DNA from: Octopus sinensis
Taxonomy: Eukaryota
Length of the DNA stretch: 64,000 nucleotides
NCBI RefSeq assembly: GCF_006345805.1
Contig: NC_043004.1
Coordinates: forward strand, 51,026,001 to 51,090,000
Reading direction: 5' to 3'
Part shown: positions 37,274-50,659 of the stretch, in pieces
Position numbering within the stretch: the first letter of the stretch is position 1
Layout: each line of letters starts with the position of its first letter
Made by a program: the position numbers and the translations under genes
The notes under the pieces: generated by a model
Told to the model about the DNA's origin: nothing
Seen by the model: only the letters and a program-made list of their open reading frames with translations
Databases searched by the model: none

Positions 37274-37793
37274 ACCGGAAGCTTTATGAAAATAAACAAA
37301 AGACGAAGGCAGGTGGAATACAAACAAACAATTGTATTAGTATGGCGCTCAGGAATATAAATAAAACAAGTCTTTTACGTTTCGAGCCTACGCTCTTCAA
37401 CAGAAAGATACACAGAAAATAAACACGGAGAGAAACAAGGAGAGAAAAAAAATGCGTGCAGAAGCTAGCGAATCAACATCTGTGTATGTGTGTGTGAGCG
37501 TGTGTGTATGTGCGTGTGCGTGTGTGTAGGGTGTGTGTATATACATATATGCATACATATATATTGATGTATATTAGATAAATATAGTTTTATATATATA
37601 TATATATATTATATATATATATATATATATAGGTGCAGGAGTGGCTGTGTGATAAGCAGCTTGCTAACCAACCACATGGTTCCGGGTTCAGTCCCACTGC
37701 GTGGCATCTTGGGCAAGTGTCTTCTGCTATAGCCCCGGGCCGACCAATGCCTTGTGAGTGGATTTGGTAGACGGAAACTGAAAGAAGCCTGTC

Positions 37794-37847
<54 letters not shown>

Positions 37848-38770
37848 TTGTGTGTCTGTGTTTGTCCCCTTAGCATTGCTTGACAACCGATGCTGGTGTG
37901 TTTACGTCCCCGACACTTAGCGGTTTGGCAAAAAGTGACCGATAGAATAAGTACTGGGCTTACAAAGAATAAGTCCCGGGGTCGAGTTGCTCGACTAAAG
38001 GCGGTGCTCCAGCATGACCGCAGTCAAATGACTGAAACAAGTAAAAGAGTAAAAGAGTATACATACATATATGTATTTATTTATATATGCACACACATAC
38101 ATACATATACACAAACACACATACATACACGTGTGTGCGTGTGTGTTTGTGTGTCTATGTGTGTGTCTATCGAACGCACATATTCCATATGTTTTGCTTC
38201 TTCGCCGGTTCGCTGCAGTGTAGCGATTTGAGGACAACTCCCTCATCGCTGTGGGCGTTAAAATACGTGAAAGGGCTGCGCGGGATCCGTGCCCAAAGCG
38301 CTTTATCGCAGCGAACCGGTGGACAAGCAAGACACGCAGTGAGTACGTATATAATATCGATAATGTCTACAACACTAACAGTGCTTTTCATTTGCAAATG
38401 AATATATATATATATAATATATATATATACATATATATATATAACGGGAAGCTTTATGAAAATAAACAAAAGACGAAGGCAGGTGGAATACAAACAAACA
38501 ATTGTATTAGTATGGCGCTCAGGAATATAAATAAAACAAGTCTTTTACGTTTCGAGCCTACGCTCTTCAACAGAAAGATACACAGAAAATAAACACGGAG
38601 AGAAACAAGGAGAGAAAAAAAATGCGTGCAGAAGCTAGCGAATCAACATCTGTGTATGTGTGTGTGTGAGCGTGTGTGTATGTGCGTGTGCGTGTGTGTA
38701 GGGTGTGTGTATATACATATATGCATACATATATATTGATGTATATTAGATAAATATAGTTTTATATATA
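36421..38770 (+). repeat. Tandem duplication (~1.2 kb) of SINE A + unique spacer + Z4 HHR-like repeat
   Basis: 36421-37590 recurs at 37631-38762; SINEs at 36421-36890 and 37631-38058; Z4 motifs at 37371-37408 and 38541-38578 (-). Confidence 0.9.
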
Positions 38771-39160
38771 TATATATAAAGAGTAAGGTATATATGCTTA
38801 TATACCTTACTCTATCCAAAAACTAAACCTTAACACCTCCTCACTCTACCCACCTCTCTTTCTATTTAATTTTTTTTCTTTCCTTTTACCACTTAATAGC
38901 TACCTCCACAACCATTCTGTTATTGAACGTTGATATGTTCGCGTCTTTTTTCTCTGGATGTTTACAATATCAGGATTCTAACCCGCATGGACCTACGCAG
39001 GATTGCACTTTTTCTACAACATCGGAAAGTTGAACTATGAACTTTTATACTTCTTTTTTCTTCTCTCTCTCTCTTCATCTCCTTATTCATTTATTCCCTT
39101 CCCCTATGTCATCATTTCATTAATATATACTTTTCTCATTTCCCCTATTTTCCCTATTTC

Positions 39161-39214
39161 TCTCTGATGACAGAATATCCCATACTCTGGCGTGTACCAG
39201 AAACAGCTATAAGA
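39161..39214 (+). ncRNA. Degenerate type I hammerhead motif
   Basis: tct-CTGATGA-...-GAAAC-agct-ATA-aga; stems II and III are imperfect. Confidence 0.45.
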
Positions 39215-39524
39215 CTTTGGAATTTTTTCCAATAATAATAATGTATGTTTTGACAACCGATGCTGGTGTGTTTACGTCCCCGTTACTTAGCGGTTCGGCA
39301 AAAAGAGACCGATGGAATAAGTACTGGGCTTACAAAAACAATAAGTCCCGGGGTCGAGTTGCTCGATTAAAGGCGGTGTTCCAGCATGGCCGCAGTCAAA
39401 TGACTGAAACAAGTAAAAGAGTAAAAAAGAGTAAAAGAGTATACATACATACATACATACATACATACATACATACACACACACATACACACACACACAC
39501 ACACACACATACACACACACACAT

Positions 39525-39558
<34 letters not shown>

Positions 39559-39594
39559 TATATATATATATACAATAATATGTTACATTACTCG

Positions 39595-39670
39595 ATAGTC
39601 AAGATAAAACTCTGAGTTTCAGATGCCGATGTGGAAATCCACAACACCATCTCTTCGGTTATCTGGCTAT
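39595..39670 (-). ncRNA. Type I hammerhead in the PLE pLTR, CCGAAGA core variant
   Basis: Minus strand reads atagccagataa-CCGAAGA-gatg..gtgga/tccac..catc-t-GAAAC-tcaga-GTT|-ttatcttgactat. Confidence 0.75.
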
Positions 39671-40524
39671 TTGAAAACGTTATGAAAAAATACCGTTATA
39701 TAAAGGGAAATTACTGTGTTATAACTCTGCTTGCCTGCGTACTTATACATCGCTCGCATTTTTCGTCATAAAAATTATATAAAAATACATAAAAATATAT
39801 AAAAATATATAAAATCTTCTTGGGACGTAACATAGAAAGCATGTCCTATCTGTTTTCTTTAGGGGACCAAAAACGTAACAGAAATTTAGTCACATATGGG
39901 CATGATCCGAAAAGTTCTGTCCTTGTGTTTAGACATGTAGTAGGGTCTAAGCTGCTTTTCCAGATAAGCCATCTCACCATGTCGCATAGACCGCACCTTC
40001 CGCTGCCGTTGGTATAGGGCTTACATCTGGCCAAAATCTTCCAATGTATGTTATAATCGACACCTTTATCTCTTAAAGACCAAATATGATTAGATAATTG
40101 TGTCGCTTTTCTTTTGTTCCAGTGCCTAAAGCTCAAAGTGTGGTTATTGAACCCTGGCCTTGAAATTACCCTCTGTAAGGCCCACGTATTTCTTCGTCGA
40201 AACGGTGTCTTTAGTTGTTATAGAGTTTACGGTAGCTTCATATATGATGGTCTTGGACATGCAAGCTCCATTTAGCGGGCACAATTCTTTATTCCTGCAT
40301 GAACAGCTGTTTTCTTGTTGTGTTTTTTGTATGTTATGTTTGATTATGTTTTTAAAATTGGTAGTGAACTAAAACTAATTTTTAAATTGTGTCTATTGAA
40401 GAGTTTCCTATAAGTGTGGTTAACTGGAAAATGTCTATCTATCAGTGCTAGGAAATATTTACCTATATTGAAGGCCACCTCGGGTGAGTAAGGGGGCGTA
40501 AACCAGATGACCTTCCTATTTCTA

Positions 40525-41028
40525 TTATTCCTTTTCCTTACTGTTGGGCGTATATTTTATTTTATCGCTAAAACGACTATCTTTTAAAGCCTTATTATAA
40601 ACTGGGGCAACGCCATTGAAGATGTCCTTATCAGAGGAGAGGCTAGAAATCCTCTTACTAATATTTTTAACTAAATTTTTGAATACTATAGGGGGATGGC
40701 ATGAACCTACATTAATATAACTTAGTCTATCATTGGGCTTCCTATAAGGCTTATAAATATTCTTATTAAGATCTAAGGAAACGTCTAAGAAATTGACAAC
40801 CGTCAGGTTAGTATCTATAGTTATACTAAGTCCGAAGTATTTCATTAACTGGATAATATCCTTCCTAAAACGATCTTGTGCTGGTCCATTTGTATTAGCT
40901 GTTAAGGCGAGGGCATCATCCTTGTAGATGGCGAAATGTACGTTAGGGAATGTCTTACCTAAGGTATCTAGGAGAAAAAGTCCAATTACATCACAGATGC
41001 CTGCCCCATCATATGAACCCATGCTCAC
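40525..41028 (-). pseudogene. PLE reverse transcriptase fragment
   Basis: MGSYDGA..IYKDD..NFLDV..YRKPN..HPP motifs; in-frame stop and frameshifts downstream. Confidence 0.92.
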
Positions 41029-41211
41029 ATCGAAAGCGCCCTCTGTGTCGGTGTTTTTTTACCCACTTTGCGTTCTCACTGAAAAGTAATGTCTTTCTAG
41101 AGTTTTATCTTGACTATCGAGTAATGTAACATATTATTGTATAGATAAATTTCCTCTATTTACATAATATTGAGGTCTCTTTCTTTCTTTTGTTATCTTA
41201 CCGTTTTACCA

Positions 41212-41273
<62 letters not shown>

Positions 41274-41282
41274 GGCGGAAAT

Positions 41283-41893
41283 AGCACATAAGTAAGTCTA
41301 AGACATTTCAATTTAAGAGGGAATTTATTTTTAAAAATCATAGAAAGAAAATATATCTGGTTTCGATGTATCTCATCAAATATCAGAAAAAATTTATAAA
41401 AATTTAAAGTAAAAACTGTTTATCTTCTCTCTGGGGGTCAAGAACATGTCTGGAGATTTTTCGTTGCAGTCTTCTTTAAATATAGTTTGGTATAGAGTTC
41501 AAAGTGTTAGAGAGTGAAAGAAGTGGTGTTTATTATCAAAAAGAAATCTTTGTGTGTTCCTGGACATAAAACCCATTCAATAAATGCTTTTTAGCCACTC
41601 ACTTGGCAGAAACACACATACATTTCTTTTAGAGAATAAACAACCCTTCTCTCGCTCTCTAACACTTTAAACTCTATACCAAACTATATTTAAAGAAGGC
41701 TTCAACGAAAAATTTCCAGACATGTTCTTGACCCCCAGACAAAAGGTAAACTGTTGTTAGCCCCTAGATAAATTTTTATAAACTTTTACTGATAGTTGAT
41801 AAGGTGAGAAACATCGAAACCGGTAAATATTTTCTTTATATAAATTTTCTATTAAATTCTCTCTTAAATTGAAATGTCTTAGATTTCTGTGCT
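41283..41893. repeat. ~610-bp diverged foldback (inverted arms ~280 bp) with decayed HHR in each arm
   Basis: 41283-41560 versus 41610-41893; right arm reads gttgataag-gtg..catc-GAAAC-cg-GTA-aatat. Confidence 0.75.
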
Positions 41894-42000
41894 TTCAAAT
41901 TCAGTCTCAAGGCGTGGTACTTTGGTAAGTTCCTTCTACTATGGACCCAAGCCGACCAAAGGCTCGTGAGTGGATTTGGCAGACGGAAACTGAGAGAATC

Positions 42001-42065
<65 letters not shown>

Positions 42066-42427
42066 TATGTCATTATTCAGTTTCATTTCAAGGTTTCTTG
42101 CCAGTAGAAAAAGAGCCGGTTTCTAACACAGATCCAAATTTCTTTTATTAGAATTTTAACAATATCAACAGGGTATTTTTGTGTGTATGCATGTATATGT
42201 TTCAGATGTGTATGCTTTGTTTTACGTGTATATTCTCATGCATACAGGTGCTTGTCAAGACATGTTCATGTATGTATGTATGTATGTATGTATGTATGTA
42301 TGTATGTATGTATGTATGTATGTATGTATGTATGTATGTATGTATGTATGTATGCATGTATGTATGTATGTATGTATGTGTGTGTGTATGTATGTATGTA
42401 TGTATGTATGTATGTATGTGCATATAT

Positions 42428-42618
42428 ATAAAGGAAAAGTTTACGAAAATAAACAAAAGACGAAGGCAGGTGGAGTACAAACAAATAAATGTATTAGTAT
42501 AGCGCTCAGGAATAGAAAAGTCTTTTACGTTTCGAGCCTACGTTCTTCGACAGAAAGATACACAGAAAAAAACAAGAAGAGAAAAAAATGCGTGTAGGAG
42601 CTAACGATCTATCATGGC
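42428..42618 (-). mobile_element. Z4 PLE-type terminal repeat with HHR-like motif at 42521-42558
   Basis: Minus strand reads tcttt-CTGTCGA-a-gaac-gtag-gctc-GAAAC-GTA-aaaga. Confidence 0.65.
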
Positions 42619-42809
42619 TGTATGTATGTATGTATGTATGTATGTATGTATGTATGTATGTGTGTATGTATGCATGTATGCATGTATGTATGTATGTATG
42701 TATGTATGTATGTATGTATGTATGTATGTATGTACGTACGTATGTATGTATGTATGTATGTATGTATGTATGTATGTATGTATGTATGTATGTATGCATG
42801 CATGCATGC

Positions 42810-43472
42810 ATGCTCAGAGGCTTATGCAAAGCTGCAGAAAGTGTATGGAGAGGAGTGTATGAGCCGCACACGTGTGTATGAGTTGTTCAGATCTTTCCGA
42901 GATGGCCGTAAAATGTCGATATAGACGAACGTTCTGGTACACCCGCAACCAGCACGACTGAGAAAAACATTCAGATGTGCATGCAGCTGTGAGGGGGAAA
43001 TCATCGAATCACCATCTATGAGTTATCAGAGGATGTGAAGATTAGTTACGGTTCAGTTCAGTCCATTAACACTGAAGATTAGGGTATGAGACGCGTGTCT
43101 GCTAAGTTTGTGCCAAAGTTGCTTTCAGCTGACGAAAAGGACACTCGGGTTTCAGTTGTACAAGATCTCCTTGATTGGGTCGAGAATGATGAAAACCTTT
43201 TTGAAAACTTTGCGTAGGCCTCTGAGCAGGTTTTGCCAAGCTTTTTGCAAAATTTGATGCAGATTCTCTGCTCAACTTTCTGTCATGGTCAATGCTACAC
43301 ACCATCCTTCCAAGCACTGCTCTAAGCACTGGAAGTAAGCCAAAACGTTAAAACTTAGTGCGCATGCATATCAGAGTTCGAGGTCAATCTGTGTCAAGTG
43401 GTTTCACTCTCCGCTCTTTAGCTTCGTTACTATGGCAACAGTCCGGATACTTATTGATCCGGATACTTATGT
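42810..43472 (+). mobile_element. Internally deleted mariner remnant
   Basis: CSEAYAKLQKVYGEECMSRTRVYELFRSFRDGR HTH fragment, then RRVSAKFVPKLLS; mariner-like TIR ccggatacttattgatc near 43470. Confidence 0.8.
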
Positions 43473-43789
43473 ATGTGTGTGTGTGTGCGTGTGTGTGTGT
43501 GTGTGTGTGTGCATGTATGTATGTAGTATGTATGTATGTATGTGTGTGTGTACATGTGCGTGTGCATTTGCATTTGTGCCTGTCCCTCCTGTTGATTTGT
43601 TTACGTTACCGTAACTATGCGGTTCGGTAAAAGTGACCTGCAGAATAAGTACAAGACTTTAAGAAAAAATAAGTACATGGGTCGATTTGTTTGATAAGAC
43701 CTTTCAAAGTGGTGCTTCAGCATGGCCGCAGTTGAATGACTGAAACAAGCAAAAGATTAAAAACGTAAGGAACATAAACCATGTTAACA

Positions 43790-45546
43790 TAACTAACCGG
43801 TGCAAAGCAGAGAAAATGTTTGAATACATCAAAGTAAAACCCGAATATTGATGAGAAAAATCCGAAGCAGAACAACTCAAATGAAAATATGAATAAAAGT
43901 GTAGGAAATTCCATTGGACCCACGAATTAAATTCAGACAATATTCTTGCCATTCTAAACAGAATAAAATATCATTTCCTAGATATTTATCAGGCATAAAA
44001 TAGATAAAATTGTATTCAATTTATTTGCTGAATTTTAGATAAAATAGGTAAAATTATGTAAATATTCTTGTAAATTTGTGCGGTATTACATCACCTTCAA
44101 CCTGCTAGGTTATGGGATGATGCTATATTTCTATGTGATGATGCAATTCTTACAAACTATTGCATAATCTTTTAGGAGAGTATAAATATGTGAGAGTGGA
44201 ATATCTGCCTTTAGTCTGCTAACAAATTTCATATAGTTCAGTTGTGCTTTCCAATATGCCTAGACATGAAAACATGAGTGAAGACGAAATATCGAAAAGG
44301 TTATTGGAATTAGATGAAGAATTGAAAGAAGATAGTAGTGATTCCTTCAATTAATCTGAAGATGATGGTGACAGTTATTGTGTTCTGGACAGCTTAGAAT
44401 CTGTGTCATCAGATGATGAAAATACTCAAAAGCAATTATCTGCAAGCCACCCAATTATGAATGAGCAATATGTTTCTAGAGACAGACAAGAAGTTTGGCA
44501 TTCTAATCCTCTCATTCAAGCAGCAGTAAGAACTTCATCTTGCAATATTGTGAGCCAAGAATGTGGACCATCCTGTTCCGCTAAAAGGTCTTGCGATAGC
44601 ATTGAAACACGATTGGCTCGAAACATGATTGGCTCGAAAGCTGATCAGCAAGAAAACTACTTTAGTTGGAACAATTAGAAATTACAGAGTTGCATTTCCA
44701 AGTACTTTCAAAAACAGAAAAGAAAGAGAAATCAACAGCAGTGTATTTGGATTTCAAAAGGTTTCGATGATCCTATCTTATTGTTCCAAGAAAAATTATG
44801 TAGTTACACTTATGAGTACAATGACTCTCAGCCTTCAATTGATTCAAAAAGTGCTGAGAAGAAACTTGAAGTTATTACATGTTACAGCAAAACAAAAGGA
44901 GGAGTAAATACCCTAGACAAGATGGTAAGGACATACACTTGCAAAAGAATGAAGCGAAGATTGGTTATATTCTAAACATGATTGATATAAGTGCAGTGAA
45001 TGTTTTCAGTTTTGCTAAACAGGTTCACTTGCAAAGTTTCAAGGATAAAAGAAGACAGTGCCTAATTCCGTTAGGAAAGGAACTTGCTGGAGTTAATGCT
45101 TAAACAAGAACATGACGAACAATCTTCTAGTTCCGCTAATATTTCTCAACCAAACAAGAAAAGAAGACGATCTTCAATCTCATTTGAGATTCCTCAGCCA
45201 AAGCAAAAAGGAAGATGTTTTTTGTGTGGCCCCAAAAAAGACAGGAAAACTCGCGTAAGAATTGTAATATCTATATTTGTCAAGAACATTCCAATGTTGT
45301 CTGCCTTCGTTGCCATAAAGAGCTGTAATTCTGTATTTTTGTAATTTTTATATTTATAAGATACTCAGTAAGCTGTATTTTTTTATTTATTAAAATTAGT
45401 GAGAAACAGTAATTCTTCATTCACCTGACAGCATATATAATGTAGCTAAAAAATAAAGGTAGTTTGAATAAAATTTAATTAAAAGAAAAATTTTGGGTCC
45501 ATTGGACCCAATTGTGACATATATTTTCCCTGGTGGGCCAAAGGTT
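43790..45546 (+). pseudogene. piggyBac (PGBD4-like) transposon remnant, internally deleted
   Basis: TTLVGTIRN, SYCSKKNYVVTLMST, YSKTKGGVNTLDKMVRTY, NMIDISAVN, C-terminal GRCFLC..DRKT; subterminal ccattggaccca at both ends; termini degenerate. Confidence 0.85.
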
Positions 45547-45917
45547 CATTATACCTCTATTATTTCGCTATGAAAGGAGAGAGAAGGAGGAAATGTTTTA
45601 GCATTTTGGGAATGGTAAGAAAGATATAACACGAAGGTATTTAATATTTTTTATCTTTGTTGATTTTTTTTCTTTTTGGACATAGTTTGTTAGTTGTGAA
45701 GGAAGAGAGAGCAGGGAAAATACAATTGGAAGTATTAAACAGGATATTAGACATTTCCTCGGAAACGGCACATTCAAGCATAAAACGTAAAGATGTAAGA
45801 AGAATGAAGAATCATTAACTGAGACCATTAATAAATTAAATAAATTAAAAATGAACAGTGGATAAAAATAAAAAGCGCTTCGTTAGTGAAGTAATGCACA
45901 CACGCACGCGCTCACAC

Positions 45918-45962
<45 letters not shown>

Positions 45963-46027
45963 CATATACGAGTGAATGGACAAACGAAAGAAGAGCACTC
46001 AGCACATTTATTGGGAGTTACATGTAG

Positions 46028-46139
46028 GGATCAGAACAGTTTGATTCAAATTCCGTGCTACTTAAATTTTGAAAGCCTCTAACGAGGTTTATCATCGGGT
46101 CAGTGAAATTTGGATTTCATACATACATACATACATACA

Positions 46140-46170
<31 letters not shown>

Positions 46171-46197
46171 GGAATTTGAATCAAACCTTTCTGATCC
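46028..46197. repeat. Small element with ~30-bp inverted ends enclosing (CATA)n
   Basis: ggatcagaacagtttgattcaaattcc versus ggaatttgaatcaaacctttctgatcc. Confidence 0.6.
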
Positions 46198-46599
46198 ATA
46201 TATATATATATATATGCCAATGAAAAATGCGGATGCATACTAACAATATAACTGAATTAGTGAGACTGCTTGGAAGACGCCGACTGCGACAAAAAAGCAA
46301 CGTTAAGAATATTGTTCAACTACCAGCGTAGTTGAATGATATATATACTACATAAATGTGAGTATGCGAGTGCGAGTGTATGTGGTTATGCATGTGTGTT
46401 TAGACCCGAGGGGCTCTGAAACTGCGCGTCCTCGGGAAATTCAAATTTCATTCTCGAAATCAGCGTCCCAAAGAAAATAAAAAAAAAAATGACTCAAACT
46501 TGTTGTTCGACAACTCTTCCACTATCTATTACCATTAATCTATCTCTCTCTATTATCTATTACTCTCTCTCTCTCTCTCTGTATATATATTTATTCATT

Positions 46600-46799
46600 T
46601 TTTTATTCTTTTACTTGTTTCAGTCATCTTCACCGCGGTCATGCTGGAGTACGGCCTTTCGTTGAACAAATCGACCCCAGGACTTATTCTTTGTAAGCCT
46701 AGTACTTGTTCTGTCGGTCTCTTTTACCGAACCACTAAGTTACGGGGGCGTAAATACACCAACATCGGTTGTCAAGCGATGGAGGGGTGGCAGACACAA

Positions 46800-46856
<57 letters not shown>

Positions 46857-47016
46857 CACGACGGGCTTCAATTTCCGTCTAACAAAACCACTCACAAGGA
46901 TTTGGTCGGCCCGAGGCTATAGTAGAAGATACTTGCCCAAGGTACCACACAGTGGGACTGAAACCGGAACCATGTGGTTGGTAAGCAAGCTACTTACCAC
47001 ACAGCTAGTCCTGCGC
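46600..47016 (-). mobile_element. SINE family A
   Basis: Reverse-complement copy. Confidence 0.88.
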
Positions 47017-47356
47017 TTATATGTGTGTGTGTGTGTATTATCTCTCATGTATTGCCTTCAAGATGGTTAAAACTTCGTCTTCTGTTTACTTCCATTTCAA
47101 TGACAGCTACCATGTATCAATCCTGTTTTCTGATTGGATAAAAATGACGAAGGTTTAAACCTCTGTAACATTAAAAAATATATTTTTCTGGAATACATGT
47201 ATCACAAACTCAGATTCAGCGCGAAAAAGTACATCAATATGCCAAATTTGAAAGTTTTCACTTAATTTTAAAATTCAAAAATCTGGGACAGCAACTGAAA
47301 AATTATCCTTATTTGTCTCTCTTTCATTTTTCGCTTTTCTCGTGGTAAATTTCCCT

Positions 47357-47398
<42 letters not shown>

Positions 47399-47423
47399 CA
47401 ATATATATATATATATTATATAT

Positions 47424-47457
<34 letters not shown>

Positions 47458-49095
47458 ATCAAAATAAGAAACAAGGATATCCAGATGTAATGCAGTACGA
47501 TCGTTTCATGCGACTCCATTTAATTGAACAGTGCAAATATTACATCAATTTTAAAATGTAGAGCAATTTGCAGGCTAAAGCTGATGGGGTAGGGAGAGTA
47601 AAACTTATAATACTTAACTATTTGACAACCATAAACCCTGTGTTATTTTTATATACTTAGGCACATTTTAGGGAATTGTTTTCACACACACAAAAAAAAA
47701 AAGAAAGAAACTCAGAATGATTTCAGTATTTTACACAATAGAGGGATGGAGAATATAGAAATAATTCCATATTTATATATTTGTATACGAACTTAACATA
47801 TATTTATAGTTAATTATTAAATAGTAATTTTTGGTATTAATAAGTTAAATTAAAGGAATATGTTAAAAATTCATATATTTTTTGTATGCTAATAATTTTA
47901 GAGCATATTTCTTGTATTATAAAATAAATAGTGAAATATACCAGTATAGTTTTAATATGAAATTTATAGAAATATATTATAAATAAAATGATATAGTGAG
48001 TAAATAAGTAAGAAAATTGGTTTAAAATTAAAATAAAGAAATGTAAATGAGTATAATGAAAAATAAATATAAATCTTTGTAGAATTTATAGACAAGGAGT
48101 AGAACAGATTTGTATTTTTAAAACTTATTATAAGATATACTTAGCTTATTTATATTAATAGTTAAGGTAAGTTGTTAGAAGAATTTTTTTTATAATTCTA
48201 TAATTTTTAGACCGACGTTTATTTTTACTTATCATGAGAATATCTATAAATGACTAGTGTTTAATGTCGGGTAAAGAGATGATCAAGTTATTGGGCAAAA
48301 ATTATATTATTAACAAAGCTTTTATGAAATTATGGGTTTTGTTATAGATTTAAGAAAATGCTATTATTAATCCTTATATGAGAAATTTCTAATTAATTGG
48401 TACTTATAAAATGTTATTTACTTATTTATTTATAATCTATTTATATAAAGCTTTCTAGTACAAACAAAGATCATGAGGGTAGAGTTGTTTTAGAGAAATA
48501 GAAACCAAGTAACTTTGATATTATTATCTATTCTTATCATGTTTTAAATATTAATTAAGGAGATTTAGAAGATCTTTTTAAGAGGAGATTCCCAGTAAAT
48601 AAGGTATTAATTGACTCACATACCAAAATCCTTAAAATGCAATGGAAGAGAGGTAACCAAAATGTAATTTTGAAAATGAAAATATTGAGGAATAGAATTA
48701 TTTTTTGGGAAATCCTATATTTCATATTAAGAGTAAAGTATGGTTATATGGGGTATAATAATTTAGGCTTATATAAAGGTAATATTTATAATATTGAAAA
48801 AGGATTAGGTGGAGTAGAATTCTCGTAGAAATAGATGTGAAAATTACCAAATCCTTAAAACTTTTTGTGAAGTAAGTATACAACTAAATAACTTCATTAG
48901 ATATATAGAATTTATGAAATAATTTTAGAAATTTATAAATTATTTTATTCAACTTTATTCAATTTGTCTATGTTATTAAATTTCTTAATACCTATTGCTG
49001 ATTAAATAATAAAATATAGCAGGGTATGCTATTTCCTTTTTGATTAAAAAAAAAAACATTAAGATCTAAAATTCAGGAATAAGAATGCTATTCTT

Positions 49096-49976
49096 TAAAA
49101 ATATTTAAAGGTACGGGTAGTACAATGTATACACGATACTCCTAGTTCAAAACGGTTATTTAATAAGTTTACATTATCCCTATGTTTCAAAATTTCATAT
49201 ATCTCCATGGAGCAAAGCTCACATCCATATCTACTATTTTTATAAGGTTGCACTTTCCTTACTATGTCCCATTTAAGGTTAAATCTAATTTTATTTTATT
49301 TTAACTCCCAAATTTTATTGGATAATGTTGTGCAACTTGCTTTATGTTTAAGTTTAAAACATGATTTGTGGTTATTTATACGTTTTTCAGATCCACCGAG
49401 CAACCGAAATAAAGTTATTAGTTGAAGTCATTACTGTACATTTATATACTACGTTTCGGACCAGACACTGACCAGATACCGGACAGTGGGACTTGGTTCT
49501 ACAATTACAACTAGGGGAATTATTTTTGATATTAGTATTATTTGGAAACAAGTTATTGTTATTATTATTATTTAAACCATTATTAACATTAATAGTATCA
49601 TCGTTATCTATAATTATATTATTAGGTAAGTTATGGTTTTGACTATTAGTTTCTAATTTTCCCACTACTCTCTTATCATTTAACTTTATCTTATTGCCAT
49701 CAGGTATACAAATAGTATCTATGTGCGCATATGCATTGGAACTGTATTCAGCAACATTAATATTATTGGTCCTAATATCATTTATATCATACACCCCATC
49801 AATTTCAATATTGTTATTTTCATTATAGATGTTTAAGTCTTTGTTAGTAGGAATATTATTATCATTTTTATTTCTATTCATATAATTATTATTTTTATTA
49901 CTATCATTTTCATTTTTATTTCTATTATTATTGTTAGTATCATTCTCATAATTAATGTTATTATTGATATTATTGA

Positions 49977-50025
<49 letters not shown>

Positions 50026-50417
50026 GTTGTTGTTGTTGTTGTTGTTACTTCCAACATTTCTGGCCAGTCTAATATTTTTCTATGTAATTTAGCTATGATG
50101 GTACTTATATTTGGTAGAGTAGAGTATGATATTCTAACTGTTTTACGAGAAAATATTTCGTTATATTTATGGGAAGTAGGGAAGTTTGTTTCTAATATGG
50201 ACATAAATTTGCTATATATATTAGTAGATATTGTCCAGTTAAAAGGTATATTCAGCCTTATGACATTTTTGTTTTTGAATTTCTTATTTAAGTAAGGGTA
50301 GGATAGATTAGTGTTATCTATATTCCCCAGAATTTTGTTATTATTGCCAAATGTGAGGATAAAATTCTTTTCGAAAAAAAATATTTTCTCGAAAAAAATT
50401 TTATCAATAGCCAGCAT
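49096..50417 (-). pseudogene. Naiad-type GIY-YIG endonuclease/thumb ORF, frameshifted
   Basis: NVIRLNIPFN..FPTSHKYNEIFSRKTVRISYSTLPNI..CNCRTKSHCPVSGQCLVRNVVYKC..RINNHKSCF..TLSNKIWELK..WDIVRKVQPY..CELC..E..LLNNRFEL..C.H. Confidence 0.85.
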
Positions 50418-50604
50418 ATTAAAAAATACCTTTAACGGTTAAATTTATAAACAATTCATAAATGAGGGCAAACGAAAAAAATTTCTAATGCCAAATATGC
50501 CGAAAAATTGGACATATTGTCCATTAACCATATAATTTTTTCACAATACGCACGCTACTCGAAAAAAGGCTGACAGAAATTTTTTTTAAAATTCCATTAT
50601 TACC

Positions 50605-50659
50605 ATATCGGACCGATTTCAGAGTTAGCTACTAAGAGCCCTCTCTTCGTCAGTGATAC
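50605..50659 (-). ncRNA. Type I hammerhead in pLTR
   Basis: Minus strand reads gtatca-CTGACGA-agag..ctct-GAAAT-cg-GTC|-cgatat; the first stem I pair is mismatched. Confidence 0.65.

Larger units (their letters stand above)
39571..41212 (-). mobile_element. 5'-truncated Penelope-like element, Naiad-type (RT C-terminal half, thumb, GIY-YIG), with inverted pLTR tail
   Basis: FDVSMGSYDGA, IYKDD, VNFLDV, YRKPN, HPP, VIWFTPPYS, CSC..CPL..C..IIYEA..YVGLT, NHIW..C..C; 41099-41141 is the inverse of 39571-39613. Confidence 0.93.

Noticed and set aside
39846-41028. Possible selenocysteine recoding, as reported for some Naiad PLEs
   Set aside because: No in-frame TGA was seen at conserved Cys positions in the segments I translated; the interruptions are other stops and frameshifts.
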